Below, in pieces: positions 1-13,217 of a stretch of DNA of 64,000 bases. Location of the stretch: assembly GCA_028534125.1 (NCBI GenBank), contig CM052817.1:24678001-24742000 (forward strand), in the 5' to 3' direction. This DNA comes from Lama glama. Its lineage: Eukaryota. Positions within the stretch are counted from its first letter, which is position 1; every line of letters starts with the position of its first letter. The notes beneath the pieces are model-generated. The model did no database searches. It was not told where the DNA came from and saw only the letters and a list, made by a program, of their open reading frames with translations. A program made the translations under genes and the position numbers.

Positions 1-1034
1 ACATTTAGTCTGACACAGAAGGAATCTAAATCTAAATCTTTGGTTCAAGGAGGAAGGACTGAACAGCCGTAGCCATCCCAGCTTCCCCCTGGCACCTCCA
101 AAACAGAAGCATGAAGGAAGAAGAATCAGACAAGAGAAGGGTAAGGTGAGGTATCCACACAGACAAGTCTCTTTCCCTGGCGCAGAAACATACTTCTGCA
201 TTGAGCTATGTACCTAATTTTACATTTTAGGACTGCTGCAGAGAGTTCACCATGATGAGTAGCTCTCAAGCTCTTAAAGATTCTTTTTGTGTGAATGACT
301 GCTTTAGAAATGTTAACAGAACACCAAGAATTTCAAGTGTTTTTATTTTGTTTTTTAAAGCAATTCTGGCCCCATTAGTCTCTAGGCCAATATCTAGGCT
401 CCTCCAAAGGATGTCAGAGGAAAAGTCAGAATCTTTAGGTTGCAAAAAGACTCCAGATTTTAGCCTTATTCCTCAGGTTATCCAGCAACTGGCCGAGCCC
501 CCTGATCTGTATAATGTCTTCCATCTGCAGCCTGGTGTCACCCCTAATCAGAAAAATGATGCTGATAAGAGTGACACTTTTCAAACATTCTGGACAGCTG
601 GATAGCTCAGATGCACTCTGAATGTGAGGCGCTGGCTGTGGTTAGCAGTGGGCCTCACCTTCTCCATGATCTTAGCAAAGAGCACCACGTGGATATTTAC
701 CATCCTAAATCTTGATTTTGATGTAAGATTTTTTCTATATTACATATGGGTTTCTTGGGCTAAGTAGTTACATTTCAGTTTTAACTGGGGAAAATTGAAC
801 TATCATATAAATATGAAATTAGATATCTTCCCCAGATTTCCAGAGCAGATGGTAGCATATTGTTATAACTGTCAAACCAGACCCCGCCACGCACACCAAA
901 GAATGAAAAGAATTTGAGGTTCTTAGCACCTGCGCATTGGTCCACATTCAGTAACTGTTAGCCAGTCACCATTTTCCTCAGTCTTCCTCTGCTGTGGACC
1001 CTACAGGTGAGATTATCTCTTTTCTTCTTTCTTT

Positions 1035-1250
1035 CTAATTTAGTTACAGTTGATACACAGTAGTATAAGTCTCAGGTGTACAACATAGTGATTCACAAGT
1101 TTATACTCTTTTTAAAGTTATTATAAAATATTGGCTGTATTCCTTTGCCATCTAATATATCCTTGTAGCTTATTTATTTTATGCATAGCAGTTCATAACT
1201 CTTATCTCCTGCTCCTACCTTGCCTCTCCCCACCGCCCTCCACTTCCCTT
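1035..1250 (-). mobile_element. L1 3' end fragment
   Basis: caggtgtacaacatagtgattcac...ttattataaaatattggct matches laurasiatherian L1 3' UTR in reverse; boundaries approximate. Confidence 0.7.
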
Positions 1251-4200
1251 GCATTTCTTAACTCCTCCATCGGTATCTCTCAGCAGGAGGCCTTAGGAAG
1301 AAGGAAGGAGGCACCAAGGGCAAGGACGTAAACACAGATCTCCGGCTTCCTTAGTTCTGTTATCTGTGTGCAGACGCAGGAATGCAGTCCCTCAGCCTCT
1401 GGTCTTGAACTTGGACTTCACTCTTCACCAAGCGGAGGCTCCTATTTGTATGAGTCTTCATGATGAAAATGTGGACATTCTTGCTTTCTGTTTATTTTGT
1501 TTTTTCTAGATTACTCCTCACTCATTTTGAAATCTATTTTACTGCTGGTGATAATTAAACAGAGAAAACTGGCATTTGTTTTTCATGGTAAACACTCTGT
1601 TGATTTATGGAAATAAGTTGCTCATTTTCTAAATTCGTAAGTTTCTCAAATGTGTCAGATTATAGTAGACATATCTAAACTACTGACTTCTGAAGCACCC
1701 TCAGCCACTTTAAGAGACAATATTTTAGGCAGATTTATTCAATATGCTGATTACAGATGATTCTTACCAGCATATTCAAGTCAGGTGCTTGGAGTTGACT
1801 ATTAGCAATTTTATGTCAACAAAAGTGACTATAATCAAAAGTACCTTTCTCCTAGATGGAGGAGGGCGTGTGACACAGGTGAGAACTCAGTACATGATTT
1901 GTTCAATGAAGGAATAAAAGCTCTTCACATATAGTGGAAGAGACACCATGCAGCGAACTAAGATTCTGAATGCTAGTTATGAAATTGGAAAATGTTGTGA
2001 TCAAGGTACACATGCAGGGCTGCGGGGGCACAGTCTGTGTGGATTTGACGGCGAAGAAATTACACTTATTATTCATGCTCTTCAGACCGCCCTGCTCCAT
2101 TTGAATAAGGAGGCTGTGTGATGGTCTGTGGAAAGGTGGGCACAGAGTGGAACTGAGTAGCCAGTGAAGGTTTGGTCTCCATCAGGAGTCCCTGTTTCCC
2201 TGAGGACATTACTCCCAAATTGAGACAAAAACCTTGAAAAAAAAAGTTTGGGACCAAGCTCTGGGAAACCTAGCTGACCACATTTTTCAGTTTGAACTCA
2301 ATCTTTCAGATCCTGGAGAAGAAGGAAAAAGGGTATGTATTTGTGACACGAGACTCAGATATCACTTTTCTCTTGGCTCCTCGTGGTAGAAACAGTACCC
2401 GGGGGTTGGCTCTGTGGTTAAAACCTGCAGCCCCGCGTGGTGACCTCCAGGTCTTCCGAGGCTGTAGAATCTCTGAAACTGTCTACATCAGTGGTGTTGA
2501 TCTTTACACGACGATCATAGGACTAGGAATTCCTTTTCCTGCCAAGCATGAGGTGGGTCCTAGGCCATCCAGGCCACGTGAGCAGTGAGTGCAAAGTATC
2601 CAGAGATTCCTTTCCTCAGCTTTGTCACCTGTGAAGTGGCAGTGGTGGCTCAGCCTCCCTGGGGCAGGATTGCGACTTACAGGAGGGACAGGGTATCAAG
2701 TGCTCAGCGCATCCCCAGCACCAGGTAAATAATCAATGTTAGATGTGATTCTGTCACCCAGTGAAGGTCATCTCACGTTGGACCACTTTTTATGAGTAGC
2801 ACTTAACACTTTTTTTAATAACTAAATTTGGTTTCTCTGACCACCAAAGCTCTCTGAACCACTTCTAATAATATTGAACAATTTCTAAACTAGATAAGTC
2901 CTTTTCTCCCTGCGTCATTAACAATCATCTCAAGGCAAACATGCATCTTGGGGGCACTCCATATTTAATATATATTTTGTTCTCATTCTGATTATTTATT
3001 CTTATGATTTTCATCATTTAACCATTTAACCACACAGTAATTTATGCCTAGTCACAATTTTAAGTCACGCTGTGTTTGAAGTGAATATTTAAGTCATGAA
3101 AACTGACCTATTTCTTTCATCCTCCCTTGTCCCAAATACATTTTTATTAAATAAGATGCCTCTTCAATGTAAGATACAAATCTTGGGTTTGGTAGGCTTG
3201 GTTAGTTAGTTTAGAGGGGTTGTTTTGTTTGGTATTTTTTGATTTGGTCAATTTTAAGATAATCATAATAAGCAAGCTCGTAAATTTTGCAGTTTGAGTA
3301 TCATGTTACTATTCCTAGAGCATTTTCCCTATAATTTCTCAGCTAGAGTTACTTGCAAATAAAAAGAGATCAAGTTCTTTTTAAGACTAGACCACATTCA
3401 AGCCTTATCCTAAGAGGGATAAGATAAGACGACCACCTGAACACCCAGGGAAACAGCACACCCTTTATCTTGTAGGTCTGGGCCCATTTAACGTCAGAAC
3501 AATGAGATAATTCTCTCACGTAAGGTATCTGACTTGGTTCCAGAAGAATCTCAGGCCCAGAAAGAACCTCAAATGTTCCCTCTTCTACCCGGTCCCTCCT
3601 CCTCTCCCATTTCCTCCCACCCCGACCCTGGATCCATCCTCGAATGCTAAGTGATGTGACTGTGGCAGAGGCATCAAGAATCCACTCTCAAATGACCAGA
3701 CTCTCATCACTCTATCATTTATTTCACTAAAGACAGTGCGAATTTGGCAACTCTGAGGCAGCTCTAAGTGAGCCCTGGTCCTACTCAGCCCCATGCTAAG
3801 TTCACTATCTGTCCAAGCCATCCTAAGAGGCACATATCATCTTCACCCTTTAGTTAGAAGATTGAGATCTGAAAAGCTTAAGGTCACAGATGACCAAAGT
3901 CATCTGAATGCCAAAGTTGTGCTCTTATGGGAGCTGTAATAACCAGCCCTATGGTAAAGCAAAGAATGATGGTGAAAGGGAGGTTTTCCTAAGGCAACAA
4001 AAGGGAAAGGGTTTGCAAGAGCATTTCAGAGCAGAAGCCACACCAGGGCCAGGGCACCTGGCTATGGATCTGAGGCAGCACTGGGCAGTCTCAGCCGTAA
4101 GACTGGATACCTGGCATCACTTATCCTTGTGGTCAGACAGACTCCCGTGTGTCTACTTCTCTGAAAGTAATTGCATTGGCCCTGGGATGTTGTTGTTGCA

Positions 4201-4419
4201 AGTGATAGAAACTCAACCCAAAGGAGGTAAGATAAAAGTGGAATGTCCCTGGAATGTCCATAAAACTCAAAAGGGCATTAGGGCCTTGGGATCAACTGAA
4301 TCTGGGTCTCAACAGCAACCTGGACGGCCTCTCTCCTCTCTGCATGATCCCTTCCTTTCTTCAGATCAGTATCCTCCACAACGCAGGAAGCAGGCCTCCA
4401 GCATGAGAAATACATGAAA

Positions 4420-4495
4420 CATTGTGCTGTACACCAGAAATCGACACATTGTAACTGACTATACTTCAATTAAAAAAAGAAAGAAAGAAAAGAAA
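4420..4495 (+). mobile_element. Very short L1 3' tail with A-rich tail
   Basis: tgctgtacaccagaaatcgacacattgtaactgactatacttcaattaaaaaaa followed by (GAAA)n. Confidence 0.7.
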
Positions 4496-5539
4496 TAAAC
4501 CACTTTCTCCAGCTCCAGTTTCAAACATCCCAGGGAGAGGCCCCATTGAGGCCAGGTCACAGTCATGTGCCCACCTCAGTCACATCCAGCTCGGTCAGCA
4601 GGGCACCTGGCTGGGTTCTAAGAAGGAGGAAAATAGTTCTCCGAAGGAGGGAGCACCATTCCAGAAGAGCTGATGGAGTATGAACTGCCCCCTGCACACG
4701 CTACCTCCTCATCCTCAGCTCTTTCTTCTACCCCTGTACTTGTGCCTCCTCGAAATGTGGATCCTCTTCTATTCCGTGGCTCTTCCATGAGGCTTTGAAC
4801 TCTAACTGTGGTTCAGCTTCAGAGCAAGAAGTTTCCTGGCTCAGTTCTACCCTTGGACAAAGCTGTGTGTGCTGGACCTCTTCACAGGCCACCTTGATCA
4901 GCTGTGGTGGGACAGACACCCACAGACCCCTTACCGGGTAGCTTACCAAGCCTGGCTGCTTACAACGGCAGTGTCCTCTGTCGTGGTGGTCCTGGAGAGT
5001 GCAGCAGGCACCATGACTTTGCATGCATTTTTCTAGTGTTTAAAAATCCTGGGAGATAGGTCACTTTACATATGAGGAAACTGCGTCTCAGAAAGTAATT
5101 TCCCAGTATCACAGGGCAGTGAGTGGCAGAGCCAGGATTCAAAACCAACAGCAAAGGCCAGGCTAGTTCTCCGAGACCACACTGCTTCTCATGGTAACAC
5201 CACTTCCATGGCAGGATTCAGGGCAAGGGGTTTCCTCCAAAATGAAACTCAGTTATTCCTACCATCATCAAAGGTCACGCCTGCAGAGAAACAAGTTCCC
5301 AGATCAGAACCTGGGGTTTCTTCTGAGAAAGACAATAGAGACCCACTGGTAGAGTCAGAAAATGGGTTAGGAAAAACCCAAACTGAAATTTTCACACCCA
5401 TAAAATATCTAATGATATTCTTTCATTTTTACAGGTATACTTTTGTTATTTTTGTATTCATTAAATAATCATGCGTACATACTTTATGAACTGAAAGAAG
5501 ATACAGCACCAATAATAAATGGCCAAGAAGCTATGCCAT

Positions 5540-5574
5540 CTGCAGTTCTCACCTTTGGCCGGCAGAGGGCGCAC
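5540..5574 (+). promoter_or_regulatory. CTCF binding site with upstream (ZF9-11) motif
   Basis: Core TGGCCGGCAGAGGGCGCAC (5556-5574) fits CCnnnAGRGGGCRC. CTGCAGTTCTC (5540-5550) sits 5 nt upstream. Local context is CpG-rich. Confidence 0.7.
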
Positions 5575-6389
5575 GCGCCAGCTTTGTACAAGGCCGACTA
5601 CCCGCTGCCGGGACAGCAGCGGAATCAGTCCGGTGAGCCCTGACACCAGCTGGGCAGCTGCAGAGCGCCGGGGGCACAGAAGTCCCTAGTGCCCTTTCAG
5701 GGGTTCGGCGCTCCCATGAGGGACCTCCAAGAAGATCTGAGAACAGTCCTGAGGAATGGTCCTGGGAAGATGAGGAATGAACGAAGGAAGCCCTGGGTAG
5801 AACATGCCCCACAGACACAAGGGTCAGAGGATTTAAGAACTGGCAAGGACATCGGGGGCAAAACAGTCTCCTTTGACCGCAGCCCAGCCCTGAGTCGCGG
5901 GACCCCCACTTCCAAGCCCCAGCATTCTGCTGTCGTCCACTGTCGTCCGCGGGAGGGAAGGGAGGGTCTCTTTACCTTTCCACTAGATCAGATCTGGGCG
6001 CAGGAAGCCTAGATATCCAGATTTGAGAAGGAAGTGGGGGAGCACACAAGGCACGGACAGTCCCTGGCAAATTCCCCAGGACCTGCCGGTGCTGGGGGAG
6101 AGCTGACTCCTAGGGAGGAGCCTAGCGACGACATCAAAAGACTGGTCAACTAAGAACAGCACCTGTCATCCAAGTGACTCCCTTCCCCTGTGAGATCTGG
6201 GGACTTCCTAACATCCTCCCTGGTGCATTCATTCTGGGGTTCCTGGTTTTCATGAGCTGAAAATTGTAAAAATCACCTTTTCTACCTCCTTGGCCTAAGT
6301 TCTTGATCATCTTGTTTTCAAGGCAAAATAAATAAATAAAGCAAAAATAAAGACAAAAAACCGACCAGACACACATGAAAATTCAAGGT

Positions 6390-8330
6390 CAAAATCCAGT
6401 GAGTCACCACAAACAGTAAAGCCTGCTGTATATAAATTTTTTAAAAAATTAATAGAGATATGAAGGAAAGATGGAATTCAGGCGATGACAAATGACTCTG
6501 CTAAAACTGAATCACATAACCACACCAAAGGGTAGGGGTGAAGGCGCTGACTTAAGTAACTTTGACAAACGGGCTTCTGCTTAGATTCTCTCAACAGCAA
6601 CCGGGAAGAATAGTATACAACCTAGAAGAATAGTATACAACATTGTGCTCTAGCTGGAAATCTATTTCCCGCAGGGGTATATATTCAAGCTACTTTATGT
6701 ATATGTTAAAGTTGACACGTCTGTAAAAATAGTATAGCTAGTAAGAACCAGTTTTCTTCACTGTAGGAGAAAAAAGTTACAAAGAAGGAAAGCTGGAAGG
6801 TTCAAGCAAATCGTATGGAGCTAGACTGGGATCAGAGGCATCAGTCATGACTCGCGCTTTTTTCCTAAAGATAGCTACAGAAAGCTCTGTGTAAATGTAT
6901 GGGTGAGTAGTGTGTGTGTGCGTATATGCGTGCCCAGAAGCAGTGACACCCCAGGATCAACGAGCACACCTACTGCCCGATCTTCATTTCTAAACACTGT
7001 TCTCCAATAAAGGAACCAGGGCTCCTTGAATAGTGCTGGATTCCAATGCTGAGACAAGGAATATACCAGATGAGAAGATGAGCCTGGAGCATCTTGTGGT
7101 TCTCGAAAGTGAGGAAGAGCAAAAGGGAGAAGAAAGAGAGGAAAGGAGGAAGGAAGGAATAAAGAGGAGCCGTATTGAAAGGACACCGGCCTGGTCCTGA
7201 AAGAGCCCCTCCCACAGTAAAAGCAGCTGCAGGCAAGATCCACCAGTGGATGGTGTGGTGGGCTGCATTGCGTCCCCTGAAAAGATATGCTGAGGTCCTG
7301 ACTCCAGGATCCCGTGAATATGGCCATATTTGGAATGAGTCTTTGCAAATGTAACCAAGTTAAGATGAAGACATACTAAATTGCAGTGGGCTCTAAATCC
7401 AATCACTGGTGTCCCCATGAGAAGAGGAGTGGACACAGGCCCCCAGGCAGGGAAGAGGTCCATGTGGAGACAGAGGCAGACACTGGAGTGAAGCAGCTGT
7501 GAAGCAAGGACTACCCACAGCCACCAGAAGGTAGGAGGCATGGAACCAATTCTCCCTGGGGGACTTCAGAAGGAACCAACCTTGCAGATACCTCAGTTTC
7601 AGACCTCTGGCTTCCTAAACTGTGAAAGAATAAATTTCTGTTGTTTTAGACCACCCAGTTTGCAGCGGTTTTTTACAGGAGCCCCAAGAAACTAACACAG
7701 ATGATAAAATTAAAGGGTGAAAATTTAAGTGGAAATAGTGCCTAATCTCAAAGTATCTCCCCCCGAATACTTATCAATAACAGAGGGGGAAACAGTGACT
7801 GTACCAGAATGAAAGCTGGTGGCCACCACCTTGACCAAATGACATCACTAGTAATACCTACCGACACCATGTCCTCCCCCGCCCTCCCCCAGCATGGAGC
7901 AGTTGGAAGGGCATCCTTTTCATAATGCAAATCCTGCATCTAATCAGAAGAAACAGCGGCACACTGAGGTTGAAGGACATTCTACACAGTAACTGACCAG
8001 CACACTACAACGCGTCATGACCATGAAAAACAAGAAGAGACTGAGGGACAAGCACAGATCAGAGGAGATGAAGGAAGCTGACAACTAAATGCAACGGGGA
8101 GGGTCCTGGAAAAGAAAAAGGATGTTAGTGGGACATTTGGTGAGATGGGAATAATGTCGTGACTTAATCCATAGTATTACACTGGTGTTAATTTCTTAGT
8201 TTTGATCACTGCTCTGTGGTCACATAAGATGTTAACATAAGGGAATGCGGTGTGAAGAGTACACAAGAACTCTTTGTGCTGCTTTTGCAAGTCTTCCAAA
8301 CATCGAAAATTATCTCCAGATTTAAAAAAT
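6390..8330 (+). mobile_element. Old L1MC-type 3' region, interrupted by an MLT1 LTR
   Basis: Motifs tctccaataaaggaaccagggctcctt, atctcaaagtatctcccc and gatgttaacataagggaa...aaaattatctcc resemble L1MC3/4 3' UTR; boundaries approximate. Confidence 0.65.
7254..7699 (+). mobile_element. MaLR (MLT1-type) solo LTR
   Basis: TG...CA termini, MLT1-type 3' end (aataaatttctgttgttttagaccacccagtttg...aaactaacaca) and a 5-bp TSD gatgg/gatga. Confidence 0.85.
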
Positions 8331-8519
8331 AATCATCAGGGGGTGGGGGTGGTATTATTCTGGGGGTGAAAATCCAATGAGGAAGGTCAGCCAAATGAGC
8401 ACTTGACAAGTCAGACCTAAGAAAGCAATCAGGCCCTGTAATACTAAGCTCGGTAAACCATCCTGCCACAATTGTACTTTCAGTACCCGAGGCGCCAACA
8501 ATTGGATCATTCAAGAGCA

Positions 8520-11489
8520 ACTCACTGTGTTTAACGTTTTTATTTTTAACTCTGCTTTGGTAGTACAAAAGCCGTAAAAGTACAAACCGGACAGTTAAAA
8601 ATACATCTGACACTCAAAATGGTGAAAAATTCCCTTTACAAATGTTGACATCAAGGTGGTAGCCAACTCACTTATCACATCAGCAGTTAGTCCAGCATTA
8701 GTGTTTTATACAGTTACTTTGTTGTGGTTCCCTGAACCTTCCAAAGTAGGAGGAAAAACACATAAGGCCTGTAAACATCAGTTGCTTTGGGAACACTCAG
8801 GAATCCTTATTAGATAATATGAACCAGTAAAAAGCATATGTGTTGAAAATATTGAATTGCTTAACATTTGGCATATTCGAAGCCACCTGGAAAACCACTG
8901 CTCAAGGATTAGAAAATATTTAAAACATGCTCTTAGTATAAATACAATTTTAAATATTTCTGAGTATTTTCTTGCCTGTTGTATTGCTATCAAAAAAAAG
9001 TGCTCTGATTTGAATAAAATTAAAAAATAATTAAAGCTAAAGAATATCTTATACTTTATCCCTCACCATTTGGAGGGCAAAATAATTTTAAAACAAAAAA
9101 ATGATTTTTAAAAACTAAAATGGTTGGTCTAGACTGCACATACATTATTTACACTAATACACACCCCCAAAATTCCTATGTTGCTACTTTCTGGACCTCA
9201 GTGAAATTTACTTCCACACTGACTTCTTCGAGTCCATTGTGTGTATTCACATACACACATACACCTTTTAACTAGTTGTCAGCAAAAATTCATGTGAAAT
9301 TGAACCAACCATTCATTTAAAAGGTTAGAAATTTTTAGTTTGATGCCAAAAAAAAAGAATGAAATGAGTATATTTACAGTAAATATAAAGTACATTTTGA
9401 TGGGAATCATCTTTTGTGAGTCAAATGAGAAATGCGTTTTCTTTTCGAAATAAAAGAAGTATCCAAGGCACCACACCAACACTGCCATCCATGGAGGCAG
9501 GTCTCAGAGATTTCCCTGTGACTGGACGCCCTCACCCCCTGACCCAGACCTACCGCAAATGTACTGCTACCTTGCCTCTGGGTCCTTTCAGGTGTTTTGT
9601 AAACTGCAAAGTTAAAAAAAAAACCCCAAATACCCAAAAAACCGGTAGGGTATTCCATGCCTACAGGGGAAAGTAATCCTCAAGAGTCCTTTATAGGGAG
9701 CATGAGTTACAAGACTGAGAACAGGAAACTCACCAAGGACAACATACCAGAGGGAGGTGTGGGCCCATCTTGTACCAAAAGTGGAGACTGTCTTGTTTTA
9801 TCAAAACAAGACTTCTTCTTAGTGACTTTAAACCATTTCCTCCTTTATTCAATGGCTAAGTAAGATTTGCTTAGGTTGAGTTAAAAAAAAACAAAACAAG
9901 AACAACCCAAACTCTCAATATTTTATAAGTGACCTAGGAGTGGCAGGCTGGTAGCAGGTCTGGGCTGAATTCTGGTCTCGGAATCCAAACTCTAGCACCT
10001 GGCTCCCTCTGACTCTGTGATCTTCTGGGGGATTCACTGCCCAGGGCTAGACTGGATTATCTTCAAGAAGCCTTCACCACCAAAGATTCATCTTCTATCT
10101 TCTGTAACAGTTAAACTGTGAGAGGATCTTCTGACAACCAGTAGCCAAATGAGATCTGAGGGTTGGGGAACAGAAACACACACACACAGACACGCATGTA
10201 CACACGCACACGCACCCTGAGTATTAGCTCAGACTGTACACGAATAGTTTCACTGTACACAGTGCTCGTACTGGAAAAACTGGAGTGTGTACACCAAGGC
10301 CACCAATGGGAGACTGGGAGGGGGTGATGGCTGGGAAGATAAAAAAATGAACTCTCTTCCTCCCTGAAAATGTAATCAATTTTTCATCAGACATTTTTTT
10401 AAACCAAAACTTGTTTCAAAGCAAACTGAATTCTGTGTCCAGCATAGCAACAACATTCCCTTTTAGCTTTCATCCACATGCCTGCAGACTCCACCCTAGA
10501 AATTGTATAAAAGATAAAAAAATAATTCCCTAGGCAACTTCATATGTCATAAGTTTTCAGTCTCTTAGAACTCTTCAAGTGAAGTCACTCCTGCAAGAGA
10601 AAACAAAAGAGGTAAAGCTTTGTAAAAGGACAACATCGTATCACACATTAATCTGCCGGAATATTGAAACACACAGAGGAATTACAAACCATCCTCACCC
10701 ATCCCACCCCCTCCCACTCCACCCAACTGCATTCCTTCCCCCATTCCACATTTCTTCTAGAATTTGGTCTAAGGAAATCTAAGGCCTACAATTTCAAAAG
10801 GACCTCTTTATCAAGGTTTTTTAAACAAGAAAGGACAGAACTTGAGAAGCACCGTAGACTGATGCCCTCAGTCTGTTCTGACAGGAGTCTCTGAGGGGAC
10901 TGGTGGCCCGCTCCCTGTGAGTCAGGTGCCACTCCCTCCCAGGAACCTGTGCTTTAACCCTTCAGCCACCTCTGTCAGGTAACGAGTGGCAGGTGAACAT
11001 GGTCCGCCACAAGGAACCTCAGATGTGCCAGGTGAGCTGTCTTTCCCAAGCCACACCAAACTGAGATAACTCTGCATCTCCACTGAGTAATCAGGGCAGC
11101 GTGGCTGAGACTCACTGGGCAAGTCAGAACACAAGGATAAATGCTCACTGAGTCTTAGGTCTTCTTTGTAGCTCAGAGGGCTCTGTATTATATGTTTAAG
11201 TTCTAACAACCGGTCCACGCCCATGCCTACATTACAAATGAAGCCCCTTGTAAACTTGTAAAATAATTTTCTACTTTTCAGGTTTTTTTTTTTTAAACTG
11301 TTGTCCCATCTAAGTGACAGACAGTTATGAACCCTCTTATCCTTCTGTTTTGAAGACTGGGATAGCCCAGGACAAGACTAAAATTCTATATCTGCCTGTG
11401 TATTCTGAAACATGCATACCATGGAGGCCAACCTACACCAGGTTATAAAACATTCTCTTGTCTGCCAAAATTGTGCTGGCCTAGAAATG
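8520..11489 (-). other. RELL1: Probable non-coding terminal (3' UTR) exon of RELL1, about 3 kb
   Basis: Exon 6 ends in a consensus donor just after the stop, so a downstream exon is expected. Strong acceptor tttcatctctatctttctttAG (AG at 11490-11491). The region is repeat-poor and AU-rich, ending in AATAAA (8538-8543) with several upstream TGTA elements. Boundaries are inferred. Confidence 0.7.
8538..8543 (-). terminator. Polyadenylation signal AATAAA of the putative RELL1 last exon
   Basis: + strand tttatt. On the minus strand, TGTA (CFIm-type) motifs lie upstream and GT/T-rich sequence lies downstream. Confidence 0.6.
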
Positions 11490-12961
11490 CTAAAGAAAGA
11501 TAGAGATGAAATCACCTTGCAGAAATACGAAGAAGCAGCAAAAAGTGGGTAGAGATGTCTTAATTTAAGCATCATTTTTAGTTACTTTACAGCGCATCCT
11601 TCAAGGTGTGTAGTCTAGTATTATCCATATTACACTTTTCTGTCACTGTCATTTACAACATTCACAATGGTTGTGTGTGGGGGGGGGTGCGGTGGAGAGA
11701 AAGATGGTTCCTAAACTAATTAGATGGGGTAAAAGGACACTTATCCCCTTAGCTGAACAGGAAATAAAGCCTTATCCCCTAAAACATCATGAGCCAAGTT
11801 ATTAATTATAAACGAATAACTAGTGCCCTGCTGCATTGCTGCAACCTAACATGGCTGACTATGGATCTGTGCTGCAAAACTGAACAAAGTCAAGTCTAGG
11901 AATACCTTCAGTTGAGAGTCGAATAATGTGGAAGACATTCCACAGGGGGAAAAAGTAGAAAAGCCAGAGGTACAGAAATAGCAAAACTGCCCTAAAGGAA
12001 AAACTGTAAGAAACAAGAGAGAATTTTCCCAGTAAAACTGCAAACTAGGCCATTATCTAGAAAATAGGTATTCAACTATTTTTATGTCTCCTCTTTTATT
12101 ACCTGCTCCCTGAGACTTGGACATTTTTGCATCAAGAGAAGCAAGAAGGTCAAGAGCAAGGGACTTCACACCTAGAATATAATGTTTCATCACAGTCAGA
12201 GTTTTCTTTCCAACATAGCAGAGCTTCCTGTTTAGAGTTCTTTGCACAGGTTTGACCACCTTTAAGGAGTAAGAATGCAAGATCAAGGGCTGGGCTAACG
12301 AAGGAGAGGTGTGGAGCCAGTGGCCTGTCTCCAAATCCAAACCCCTATGACTAACTGTTGAACTTTGGCCTCTCTGCAGCAACCCTCAAAGGGTTCCTGG
12401 GAGTTTTACAGAAGAGGATACATATACAATGCTTAATAAATACAGGGCCACGCCGTCAGCACCCCCTCAAAGTTAGCTATTATGATCAATGCCATCATCT
12501 ACACAATCATGTTGGCTTTCTTTGACTACTGCCTTCTGCAGCTGATTAAAACTGCACTGTGCACAGTATCTTGGAAAGAGGATGTGAAAACTACAACTTT
12601 CTGCTTAAAGTCCTAACTACTAATACCAGACCCTAAGCAGAAAAAGAAAAGTTGACCTTTTTCAAGGCTCTATTGAAAGCTACCCAGCCCTGATTCACAG
12701 TTCTGGGCTCCCCCTCTTCACAAACAGAGGCTTAAGGGAGTCCTTGACTGGTACAACAGCTATCAATTTCCAGGTAAATACCCATCTTATCGGAGTGATA
12801 ACCTAGAGGAAAGAAGACACCACGTTCTGTACGGCTTGTAAATGTCCAACTGCAGCCTTATTTCTGGGACTGTGTCATGTGCACTTGACGTTGTTAAATT
12901 TCTTTTCATTTCATTCTATAGATGAGGATCTGCCCATATCGATAAACAAACACATACTTTA

Positions 12962-13217
12962 TTTTTTTCTTTTCATACTCTTTTCCATTATAGGTTACTC
13001 TAAGATATTGAATAAAGTTCCCTGTGCTATACAGTATCAACTTGTTGTTTATCCAGTTTTGTGAGGACTTTCCTTGTATTTCGGATGGAAGAGATACCTG
13101 CCAAAGCTCAGTGGGTACTCTGTGCGAATGGTTCCGTATGTGGAGGCAGTTTTTGATGTATTAGTGGGAGAGAGTGAGCTACGTGTCCTTCAACACCAAC
13201 ATCTTGGCAATCTCCTG
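12962..13217 (-). mobile_element. Internally deleted, probably spliced L1 (5' UTR start joined to 3' UTR)
   Basis: Perfect 15-bp TSD caaacacatacttta at 12947-12961 and 13218-13232. The 165-nt part resembling an L1 5' end (13053-13217) joins a 91-nt L1 3' UTR part with an A-rich end (12962-13052). Confidence 0.8.

Noticed and set aside
3908..4417. 169-aa plus-strand ORF
   Set aside because: Overlaps degraded MaLR-like sequence; no recognisable homology or exon context.
6875..7541. Long overlapping minus-strand ORFs (157 and 183 aa)
   Set aside because: They lie wholly within antisense L1MC/MLT1 repeat sequence and show no recognisable domain.
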